DNA from: Acidimicrobiia bacterium
GTDB taxonomy: Bacteria > Actinomycetota > Acidimicrobiia > Spongiisociales > JAHEDJ01
Direction of reading: 5' to 3'
DNA length: 64,000 bases
Assembly (NCBI GenBank): GCA_029210695.1
Contig: JARGFH010000007.1
Coordinates: 1 to 64,000, forward strand
Translations under genes and position numbers: made by a program
Shown here: positions 56,478 to 64,000 of the stretch, one piece after another
Position numbering within the stretch: the stretch's first letter is position 1
Layout of the letters: each line of letters begins with the position of its first letter
The notes under the pieces: generated by a model
The model's database searches: none
Seen by the model: only the letters and a program-made list of their open reading frames with translations
What the model was told of the DNA's origin: nothing

Positions 56478-57158
56478 ATGTCCGGATCCGATCTGTTGGA
56501 TCAGGGTTACGCCGAAGTGCTGCGCCGGTGCGTCGCAACAGGTCGGGCGCCCCACTACACCGAACTGGCCGCTTCGCTCGGCATATCGCTGGAGGAGGCG
56601 AGATCGATGGTCCACGAGCTGGTGAGATTGACTCCGGGCTGGGTGCATCCTGGAACCGATCTCCTGGCGTCGTTCCCGCCCTTCAACCTTCAACCAACGC
56701 AGTACTGGGTGACGATCGATGGTGATCAACGCTGGTTCGCTCAATGTGGGCTCGAGGCCCTGGCCATCCGGTGGCTGGTCCCGGGCCAGACGGTGAGGAT
56801 CGATGCGCCCTGTTTGTGCTGCGGCGAACCGATGGTCTTGGAGATGATCGATGAATCCATCACCACCATCGAGCCTGAGGCAATGGTCGGCTACACGAGT
56901 TCTGAGATCGGCGGAGATCCGGCCACGCGACCATTTAGGTGAGCGAACATGAACCTCTTCCGGTCGGAAGACCACGCTCGCAACTGGGACCGGTACGACG
57001 ACACAATGGCAGCCAGCCTCCGTCCGGTGGCCGAATGGGCAGACATCTTTAGCAATGTCTACTTCCGGTCGCGGGGCCGCCCCGATTTCGTGTCGTGGGC
57101 GAAGAGCGAAGCAGGCATAGAGGCGTTCGCCGAGCTTCGACGTCGAGCCCGATCCTGA
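56478..57158 (+). CDS. MerB-like organometallic lyase, probable selenoprotein (TGA 56940-56942 read as Sec)
   Basis: PPFN, WFAQCG.EALA, CLCCGE; TGA-GCG-AAC-ATG-AAC-CTC-TTC continues in frame into MNLFRSEDH; SECIS-like hairpin follows. Confidence 0.78.
56943..56981 (+). promoter_or_regulatory. Bacterial SECIS-like element
   Basis: TCTTCC-GGTC-GGAAGA apical hairpin, G-first loop 19 nt after the TGA; lower stem GCGA/TCGC. Confidence 0.65.
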
Positions 57159-57208
57159 CTCCGGTACGTCCCTGACTCCGGCCCGCCGATCGGCGACGCC
57201 GTCTGCGT

Positions 57209-58054
57209 TCAGATCTCCTGCAATGCCTCGGCCAGGGGCTGAACCATTCCTGGGTTGAACGGCGCCCGCAAGCTGAACACCGCCATGTCGAGTCCGGTCT
57301 CGAACAATTGAGCCGCCTCGGCGGCCAGGGCCTTCGGGTCGGCATCGGCGGGAGTGAACACGTGAGCGCTGCGCGTGATCTCGTTTGCATTGCGTCCGAC
57401 TGCCTCGCAGTGTGAGAGCAGCACTTCGTTCTTGTGGTTCCAGGCGTCGGGTTCGATCCTCAGGGCATCCCAGATGTCGGCCCATCGAGCAACGATCTTC
57501 AGGGTGCGCCTTTCGCCGCCGCCACCGATGGCGATCGGGAGGCGAGGTCGCTGCGGGCCTTTCGGTTCGCAGTGGGCATCGGTGAAGGTGTAGTACTCAC
57601 CGGCGAAGTCGAGGGACGGCTCCGACAACAGACGAGCGATGACCTCCACCCCCTCTTCGAATCGATCCATCCGCTCTTTGATGGTTCCCAACTCGAGACC
57701 GTAGGCCTCGACCTCGGTTTGAAACCAACCGGCTCCGAGCCCGAGGTTCAGGCGACCGCCGGACACGATGTCCAGAGTCGCAGCCATCTTCGCCGTCACT
57801 GCCGGATGCCGGAAGTGCATGCCGTGCACCATCGTTCCTACCCGGATCCGGGATGTGGCGCGGGCGAGCGCGGTGAGCGTGACCCATGCTTCGAGAACGG
57901 GTCCGTGCGGGTCGCCGGCGATGGGGTAGAGGTGGTCGAATACCCAGGCCGACTCGAACAGGTCGATCTGGTCGGCTTCCTTCCACACCGCCAGCGTGTC
58001 GTCCCAGCTCACATGCTGCGGGGGAGTCTTGATGGCGAATCGTCCCATGATCAA
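57209..58054 (-). CDS. LLM-class (probably F420-dependent) oxidoreductase
   Basis: WVFDHLYP, EAWVTL, SGGRLNLGLGAGW, IGGGGE. Confidence 0.88.
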   Translation of the reverse strand: MIMGRFAIKTPPQHVSWDDTLAVWKEADQIDLFESAWVFDHLYPIAGDPHGPVLEAWVTLTALARATSRIRVGTMVHGMHFRHPAVTAKMAATLDIVSGGRLNLGLGAGWFQTEVEAYGLELGTIKERMDRFEEGVEVIARLLSEPSLDFAGEYYTFTDAHCEPKGPQRPRLPIAIGGGGERRTLKIVARWADIWDALRIEPDAWNHKNEVLLSHCEAVGRNANEITRSAHVFTPADADPKALAAEAAQLFETGLDMAVFSLRAPFNPGMVQPLAEALQEI

Positions 58055-58133
58055 AACCTCTCAGTAGTTCGGATGGCATCCACCCTATGCGTTGTGGGGC
58101 TTGCACGTTCGATGCGGCGCGGCACGAGGGGGA

Positions 58134-59000
58134 CTACTCCACTGGATTGCGCAATGTACCGATCCCGTCGATGGAGATCTCGACGACGTCGCCCTTCACC
58201 AGGTAGCGCGGTGGGTCGAATCCGATCCCGACGCCGAGGCCGGTTCCCGTGGCGATGACATCGCCGGGCTCTAGCGTCATCACCTGTGACAGCGTGACGA
58301 TGAGAGATTCGGTATCGAAGATCAACGCCGAGATGGGCGCTTCCTGGCGGAGTTCGCCGTTGACATGGGTACGCATCCACGATGAGGTGATGTCCGGTAG
58401 TTCGTCCCGGGTGGTGATGCATGGTCCCATCGGGCAGAACGTGTCGGGGCTCTTTCCGATGAACCACTGGACGTGCCGTTTCTGGAGATCACGAGCTGTG
58501 ACGTCGTTGACGATCGTCCAGCCGAACACGTGAGAGAGGGCGTCCTGTCGACTCACGTTCTTCGCTTGGCGACCGATGACCACAGCCATCTCACCCTCGT
58601 AGTCGGTGGAGCCGGTCGGGTCGTTGGCGAGGATGATCGGTTCGTCGGGACCGATCACCGACGTCGGAGCTTTGGTGAACACCACCGGGTTGTCGGGAAT
58701 CATCTGTTTTTCGGAGGCGTCGAAGCCTGAATCAGAGAATTCCTTTGCATGGTCCCGGTAGTTCCGGCCGACCGCGATGACGTTCTTGCGCATGCGTAGC
58801 GGGGCGAGCAGTCGGACCGCGGAGAGAGGCACGCGCGGGCCTTCCCGTAGCGCCTGCATCGCAGAGTCGACCGACCAATCGGCGATCACGTCGACCATAT
58901 CGGCCGACCCGAGCCCTCCGGAACTGAGATCCACGATCTCGTCTCCTTCGATGCCACCGACTGCAATCTCTCCTTCGAACCCGAAAGTCACTAGCCTCAC
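58134..59000 (-). CDS. Fumarylacetoacetate hydrolase family protein
   Basis: VGRNY.DH, DYEGE, NDVTARD, PGDVIATGT. Confidence 0.92.
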   Translation of the reverse strand: MRLVTFGFEGEIAVGGIEGDEIVDLSSGGLGSADMVDVIADWSVDSAMQALREGPRVPLSAVRLLAPLRMRKNVIAVGRNYRDHAKEFSDSGFDASEKQMIPDNPVVFTKAPTSVIGPDEPIILANDPTGSTDYEGEMAVVIGRQAKNVSRQDALSHVFGWTIVNDVTARDLQKRHVQWFIGKSPDTFCPMGPCITTRDELPDITSSWMRTHVNGELRQEAPISALIFDTESLIVTLSQVMTLEPGDVIATGTGLGVGIGFDPPRYLVKGDVVEISIDGIGTLRNPVE

Positions 59001-59007
59001 TATCTCG

Positions 59008-59037
59008 ACATCCTACATCGCATATGATGTAGGATGT
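59008..59037. promoter_or_regulatory. Perfect 12-bp inverted repeat operator in a divergent promoter
   Basis: ACATCCTACATC-GCATAT-GATGTAGGATGT. Confidence 0.7.
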
Positions 59038-59116
59038 TCTGCATGGCGGAGCAGATGAACAATCTGCGACTGTCCAAACGGGAAGCCCATGGCGAAGGCC
59101 TAACTTGGAGGTAAGG

Positions 59117-60187
59117 ATGTTTCGCAAGCGTTCACTAACCGTTCTGCTCATCGTATTGGTTCTGGTGGTGGCCGCATGCGGGGGAACGGAAGACACGACT
59201 ACTACCGCCGGAGCTGCTACAGCTACCACAGCCGGACCCATGGAGATGACTGAGGTCGTTGTTCTGGCTCCGAACCCGTCCGCTGTCATCTGGTTCCAGC
59301 TGTGTTCTGCCATCTATCAGGGATTCCTCGAGGAAGAGGGCATTGACGCCTCGTTCGAAGCCGTCGACGGCTCCGGAGCCGTTCTACAAGCGATGGCTGC
59401 CGGTCAAGCCGAGTTCGGCATTCCCGGCCCAGGTCCGTTGCTGGGAGCCCGGGCGGCAGGTGAAGATCCCGTTGCCATCTACAACGGCTTTGCCCAGGCC
59501 CTATTCGGGCTGGTGGTGCTAGAAGACTCCGACTACAAGGTCCCTGCGGACTTGAAGGGCACCGATGGACCGACCGTTATCGGTGTCGGAACCGCAGAAG
59601 GATCCGAAGTGACCTTCGTACGTCCGATTCTCAATGAGGCCGGCCTGGAAGAGGGCGTCGACTACGAGTTCCTGCCCGTCGGTGACGGTGGCCCCGCCAC
59701 CGCAGCCTTCGAGCGGGGCGAGATCGAAGCCTATGCAGCTGCCGTGCCGGACATGGCGATCATCGAAGCCCGCGGATTGCCGTTGCTGGAGATCACTCCT
59801 CCCGAGTACAAGACGGTGTTCGGAAACGGATATGCCACGACCCAATCACTGATCGATTCCGATCCGGATTTGGTGCAGGGCTTCGTCAACGGGTTGGTCA
59901 AGGGCGCCCTCTTTGCAGAGGGAAACCCGGATGCCGCCGAGGCAGACTGCGCGCAGATGAACCCGGAAGAGGCGACCGATCCTGAGCTCGCACGGGCTCT
60001 GCTGGATCTGACGCTCGTCGTCAGCAAGCCGCTCGGTGGGTTGCCATGGGGCACCTACGATCCACAGGCCTGGGCAGACTGGGGCCAGAGCCTCGTCGAC
60101 GACGGGACGCTGGACGAGCTGCCCGACACGGGCGTCGCGTTCACGAATGAGTACGTCGAGAAGGCTCACGCCAACGCCGGTAGCTGA
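59117..60187 (+). CDS. ABC transporter substrate-binding lipoprotein (SsuA/NMT1/THI5-like)
   Basis: Lipobox VAAC, Thr linker, FTNEYV; precedes NitT/TauT-type ATPase and permease. Confidence 0.85.
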   Translation: MFRKRSLTVLLIVLVLVVAACGGTEDTTTTAGAATATTAGPMEMTEVVVLAPNPSAVIWFQLCSAIYQGFLEEEGIDASFEAVDGSGAVLQAMAAGQAEFGIPGPGPLLGARAAGEDPVAIYNGFAQALFGLVVLEDSDYKVPADLKGTDGPTVIGVGTAEGSEVTFVRPILNEAGLEEGVDYEFLPVGDGGPATAAFERGEIEAYAAAVPDMAIIEARGLPLLEITPPEYKTVFGNGYATTQSLIDSDPDLVQGFVNGLVKGALFAEGNPDAAEADCAQMNPEEATDPELARALLDLTLVVSKPLGGLPWGTYDPQAWADWGQSLVDDGTLDELPDTGVAFTNEYVEKAHANAGS

Positions 60188-60193
60188 TTCAAA

Positions 60194-61027
60194 GTGATCG
60201 AATCAACCGATTCGGTTGATCGGGCGGGGCAGCAGTCCCGCCCGATCAACGACGAGGTCGTGAGAGTCACGAACCTCAACAAGACCTTTCACAAGCGTGG
60301 CCTGAAGGCTCTCGACAATGTCGATATGACGCTGCGGCATGGCACCTTCACCAGTGTCATCGGGCCAAGCGGATGCGGGAAGTCCACACTCTTGAAGATA
60401 CTGGCCGGCCTGATCCCGGCCACGTCGGGTGAGATATTGCTCAGCGGCAAACCGGTCACCGGCCCGAGGCAGGATATCGGAATCATGTTCCAGCAGCCGA
60501 CGCTATTGCCGTGGCGAACCGCGTTGGAGAATGTGCTGCTCCCCATTGAGATCAGATCCGGCTCTGCTGCCGCGAAGAAGCAGTCGGACGTCGGCATGCA
60601 GTTGCTCGAGTTGGTGGGGCTGAATGGATTCCACGATGTCCGTCCTTTCGAGCTATCCGGAGGGATGGCGCAGAGGGTTGCCATTTGTCGGATGCTGGTC
60701 ACCGGACCAGCGATTCTGCTGCTCGATGAACCATTTGGTGCACTAGACGAGCTGACCCGTGAGTACATGAACGTCGAGCTACAGCGCATTTGCAGAGAAC
60801 GCGATGCCACCTCCTTCATGGTGACCCACGCAATTCCAGAGGCCGTCTTCTTGGCCGACCAGGTGTTCGTGATGTCGGCCCGGCCCGGCCGGATTGCCAC
60901 CGTGGTGGATGTTGATCTTCCTCGCCCCCGGAACCTCGACATGATGACTACTCCCGAGTTTGGGGCGCTCGTACATCGTGTGCGAGAGAGTCTCGACATG
61001 GGAATCGACGGCGGAGGCTTGGCATGA
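60194..61027 (+). CDS. ABC transporter ATP-binding protein (NitT/TauT family)
   Basis: GPSGCGKST, LSGGMAQR, LLDEPFGALD. Confidence 0.93.
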   Translation: MIESTDSVDRAGQQSRPINDEVVRVTNLNKTFHKRGLKALDNVDMTLRHGTFTSVIGPSGCGKSTLLKILAGLIPATSGEILLSGKPVTGPRQDIGIMFQQPTLLPWRTALENVLLPIEIRSGSAAAKKQSDVGMQLLELVGLNGFHDVRPFELSGGMAQRVAICRMLVTGPAILLLDEPFGALDELTREYMNVELQRICRERDATSFMVTHAIPEAVFLADQVFVMSARPGRIATVVDVDLPRPRNLDMMTTPEFGALVHRVRESLDMGIDGGGLA

Positions 61028-61896
61028 CACAGAAGACTGAAACCCATGGTGTTCCCAGCGCGATGTCAGACGCGGAGGAGCTTTGGTATTCGGGCAAGTG
61101 GATCGACCGGGTTCCACAACCGGTCTCGATCTTTGTTCTCGGGGTATCGATGCTTGGTGTCTGGTGGCTGATCGCCGAACTCGAGTTCGTCTCCCGGATT
61201 CTTCTTCCGGGTCCGGCGGAAACGTTCGAAGAGCTGTGGGATACGACCAAGAACATCGTTACCGGCGGGCATATTGCGGAGGGTCTTTGGATCACCACCC
61301 AGGAAGTGATTTGGGGCTTCATCTCGGCCGCGGTCCTTGGCTTCTTGCTCGGGGTGGTGGTCGGTGAAACCCGGTTGGGGCGGAGAGCGGTCATGCCCTA
61401 CCTGGTTTCATTCAATGCACTCCCAAAGGTCGCGTTCGCCCCGGTCTTTGTGGCCTGGTTTGGGTTCGGCGTCAATTCGAAAATCGTGATGGCGGCGTTC
61501 ATCGCTTTCTTCCCGGTGATTGTCGACACGGCAGCCGGTTTGGCGGCAGTCGACGCGGAAACTCAGATGCTGTTCCAATCGATGGAGTCCTCTAGGTGGC
61601 AGACGCTGCGCAAGTTGAAACTGCCTTCCGCTCTGCCGTTCATCTTCGCCGGACTCAAGACGGCGGCGGTGTTCTCGGTAGTCGGGGCAGTGGTCGGCGA
61701 GTATCTCGGCGGAGGCCATGGATTGGGTGAGCTGATCAGGTTTAGCGCCCAAACGCTGCGGATCGATCGGGTCTTCGCGCTGATCGTCTACCTCGGCGTC
61801 ATCGGCCTCCTTCTGTTCGGCCTGGTGGCCTGGACTGAGAGGAAGCTGTTGTTCTGGCACAAGTCTGAGATCTTCGAGATCCAGGGCACGGGCTGA
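61024..61896 (+). CDS. ABC transporter permease (NitT/TauT family)
   Basis: PKVAFAP, LPSALP, GAVVGE. Confidence 0.9.
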   Translation: MTQKTETHGVPSAMSDAEELWYSGKWIDRVPQPVSIFVLGVSMLGVWWLIAELEFVSRILLPGPAETFEELWDTTKNIVTGGHIAEGLWITTQEVIWGFISAAVLGFLLGVVVGETRLGRRAVMPYLVSFNALPKVAFAPVFVAWFGFGVNSKIVMAAFIAFFPVIVDTAAGLAAVDAETQMLFQSMESSRWQTLRKLKLPSALPFIFAGLKTAAVFSVVGAVVGEYLGGGHGLGELIRFSAQTLRIDRVFALIVYLGVIGLLLFGLVAWTERKLLFWHKSEIFEIQGTG

Positions 61897-61912
61897 ACCG
61901 AAAGGAAGACAC

Positions 61913-62761
61913 ATGAGAATCGCTCGAATTGCCGGGCCGTCCGGCCCCGCCTATGTGGTGCAGGTTGGAGACGGGTCGTGGATCGATCTGCGGCCGCTTG
62001 GCATCGACGTAACGACCACGCCGGAGCTGACCGAGGCCGCTGATGCGCTGGCCGCCCTGGACGTCGAGGCTTTGGGTGGAGGCGTCGTGGATCCGACGTT
62101 CCTCGCCCCGGTGGTCGCCCCCGGCAAGCTGATGGCGATAGGTCTCAACTACTCGGACCACATTCGTGAAACCAACTCGAACGCGCCGGTGAACCCGATC
62201 CTGTTCATGAAAGCGAATACGTCGCTGACAGGGCCCGAGGACGACATCATCGTTGATGCAGCCATGACCTCAATGGCCGACTACGAGACCGAACTCACCG
62301 CCATTATCGGGCGCCGTACCAAAGGCGTCTCCAAGAGCGAAGCACTCGATGCCGTCTTCGGCTACACCGTTGCCAACGACGTCACCGCCCGCGACTGCAT
62401 GAAGTCCGACGGCCAGTTGGTCCGGTCCAAGAGCTTCGATACCTACTGTCCGATCGGGCCGTGGATCACCACCGCCGACGAGGTACCCGATCCGCAGGCA
62501 CTCGGGATCAAGACGCTGGTCAACGGGGAAGTACGGCAGGACTCCACGACGGGCGAGATGCTGTTCCCGCTCGACCACCTCATTCACTTCCTTGCCAGGG
62601 GAATGACCTTGGAGCCCGGTGACGTGTTGCTGACCGGAACCCCACACGGAGTGGGGTTCGTCATGGATCCGCCCCGTTTCCTCCAACCCGGGGACGTTGT
62701 GGAGTGTGAAGTGGAGGGGCTAGGTAAGCTCCGCAATCGGGTCGTCGCACCCGCCAAGTAA
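61913..62761 (+). CDS. Fumarylacetoacetate hydrolase family protein
   Basis: IGLNY.DH, DYETEL, NDVTARD, PGDVLLTGTP. Confidence 0.92.
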   Translation: MRIARIAGPSGPAYVVQVGDGSWIDLRPLGIDVTTTPELTEAADALAALDVEALGGGVVDPTFLAPVVAPGKLMAIGLNYSDHIRETNSNAPVNPILFMKANTSLTGPEDDIIVDAAMTSMADYETELTAIIGRRTKGVSKSEALDAVFGYTVANDVTARDCMKSDGQLVRSKSFDTYCPIGPWITTADEVPDPQALGIKTLVNGEVRQDSTTGEMLFPLDHLIHFLARGMTLEPGDVLLTGTPHGVGFVMDPPRFLQPGDVVECEVEGLGKLRNRVVAPAK

Positions 62762-62783
62762 TCCGCCGGGAAGGAGTGCCGCG

Positions 62784-63629
62784 ATGGACGTAGGATTCAT
62801 GGGATTGGGCGCCATGGGACGACCTATGGCTTCAAACCTCGCACGAGCAGGACACCGGGTGGTCGCCTGGAATCGCTCACCGCTCGAGGCGCCCGAGGGA
62901 GTCGAATCGGCCGGCTCTCCACGGGCCGTCGGCGAGCAAACGGAAGTCGCCTTCGTCATGGTCTCGGCCGCCGATGCGGTCGAAGAAGTCGTGTTTGGCG
63001 AGAACGGCTGGGCCGATGGGGCCAAGCCGGGATCGGTGCTCATCCAATCATCCACCGTCGGACCGGCCGCCGCCGAGCGTATCGGAGCACGAGTCGCAGC
63101 AGCAGGGTTTGGTTTCCTCGACGCACCGGTCAGTGGCTCGGTGAAACCGGCCGAATCCGCCCAACTGACGGTTCTCGGCGGCGGCGACCAGGCCCTGTTC
63201 GACCGCTTCCAGAGTCTGTTCGACGCAATCTCCAAACGAACCGTGGTGTTCGGACCGGTCGGGAGCGGGTCGGTAGCCAAGCTCGGAGTGAACGGGTTTC
63301 TCGTAGCTGTGATCGCGGCTGCTTCCGAGAGTCTGTCGTGGCTCCGCGAAGCAGATCCCGAACTCGATATCACAACCTTTGCCTCGGTCATCGAGCGGAT
63401 TTCTCCGTTGGCGGCAGCCCGGGCTGAATCCATAACCGGTGAGGCGCCGGCGGGAGGCTTCTCGCTCCGGCAGGCTGCGAAAGACATGGAACTGGTCGGC
63501 GAGGAGTTTGGTTCCGGAGGCGTCATGGAAGCGGTGCGCAGCCTGACCCGATCGGGCCTCGAGCTGGGATTCGGCGAGCTCGACGTGTCGTGTCTCGGTG
63601 CTGTTGTCCGCAACCAGGGCAAAGCGTGA
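62784..63629 (+). CDS. Beta-hydroxyacid dehydrogenase (3-hydroxyisobutyrate dehydrogenase family)
   Basis: GLGAMG, WNRS, DAPVSGS, catalytic K in AKLGVN. Confidence 0.88.
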   Translation: MDVGFMGLGAMGRPMASNLARAGHRVVAWNRSPLEAPEGVESAGSPRAVGEQTEVAFVMVSAADAVEEVVFGENGWADGAKPGSVLIQSSTVGPAAAERIGARVAAAGFGFLDAPVSGSVKPAESAQLTVLGGGDQALFDRFQSLFDAISKRTVVFGPVGSGSVAKLGVNGFLVAVIAAASESLSWLREADPELDITTFASVIERISPLAAARAESITGEAPAGGFSLRQAAKDMELVGEEFGSGGVMEAVRSLTRSGLELGFGELDVSCLGAVVRNQGKA

Positions 63630-64000
63630 CGGCAACGGCCGCTTTCGACGCAGAGGCCTGGGATTCGATAGCAGCCGCCAACCTATCCGACGTCATCGGT
63701 CGAGTAGGAGCGATGGACGGCGGTATCCGCCGCTTGAGTGGGCGGCGGATGGCCGGCCCGGCCCACACCGTTGTGACCGGCACCGGCGATTCGTCGACTA
63801 TTCACCGGGCACTGGTGCACGCCCAACCCGGCTCGGTGCTGGTCGTCGACGCCCAGGGTGGGACAGCCCGGGCCGTGTGGGGAGCCGTCATGACGGCGGC
63901 TGCGATGGCCCGCGGAATTGTCGGCGTGGTCATCGACGGTGCCGTCCGAGACATCGACGAGGTTGCAGCCACCGGTCTTTCGGTGTACGCCAGGGCGACC
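63626..64000 (+). CDS. RraA/HMG-aldolase family protein (runs off the window end)
   Basis: Manual translation from GTG 63626: ..ANLSD..MAGPAHTV..PGSVLVVD..AVWG..GVVIDGAVRD. Confidence 0.85.
   Translation, partial: MTATAAFDAEAWDSIAAANLSDVIGRVGAMDGGIRRLSGRRMAGPAHTVVTGTGDSSTIHRALVHAQPGSVLVVDAQGGTARAVWGAVMTAAAMARGIVGVVIDGAVRDIDEVAATGLSVYARAT

Noticed and set aside
56949..57158. Independent 69-aa gene
   Set aside because: It has no RBS of its own, is in frame with the upstream MerB-like ORF, and is better explained by Sec readthrough.
46703..57200. attR duplicate of the tRNA-Ala 3' end
   Set aside because: I found no second copy of TTCAAATCCCCTCAGCTCCA by eye, so the island's right boundary is left undefined.

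Overview
High-GC chromosome segment, by gene order and protein style most like Actinomycetota (Acidimicrobiia is my inference). About 1-46.7 kb is mostly core genome: a tRNA cluster (Leu, Lys, Pro, Gly, Arg, His), tig-clpP-clpX, valS-folC-ndk-mreBCD-mrdA-rodA-tdk-rne-rplU-rpmA-obgE-proB, proA, a MoxR/vWA pair, gap, nadD-LCP-rsfS and tRNA-Ala. Two accessory blocks interrupt it. The first is three tandem LPFTG-anchored adhesin genes, each with its own c-di-GMP-II-like riboswitch and terminator; two also have a GTCAC-N5-GTGAC (BldD-box-like) palindrome upstream. The second is an antisense Trk K+ cluster that splits proB from proA and contains an unlisted 44-aa membrane microprotein. After tRNA-Ala lies a decayed island: frameshifted tyrosine integrase, DUF3024, RelE/Phd TA, frameshifted AbiEii toxin, and a 5'-truncated group II intron whose last two bases form the start codon of a membrane class III nucleotide cyclase. 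Next is a MerB-like gene with an in-frame TGA and SECIS-like hairpin (probable selenoprotein). The window ends in a catabolic cluster (LLM oxidoreductase, two FAH proteins, ABC transporter, dehydrogenase, RraA). All family calls come from motif recognition by eye, not database searches.
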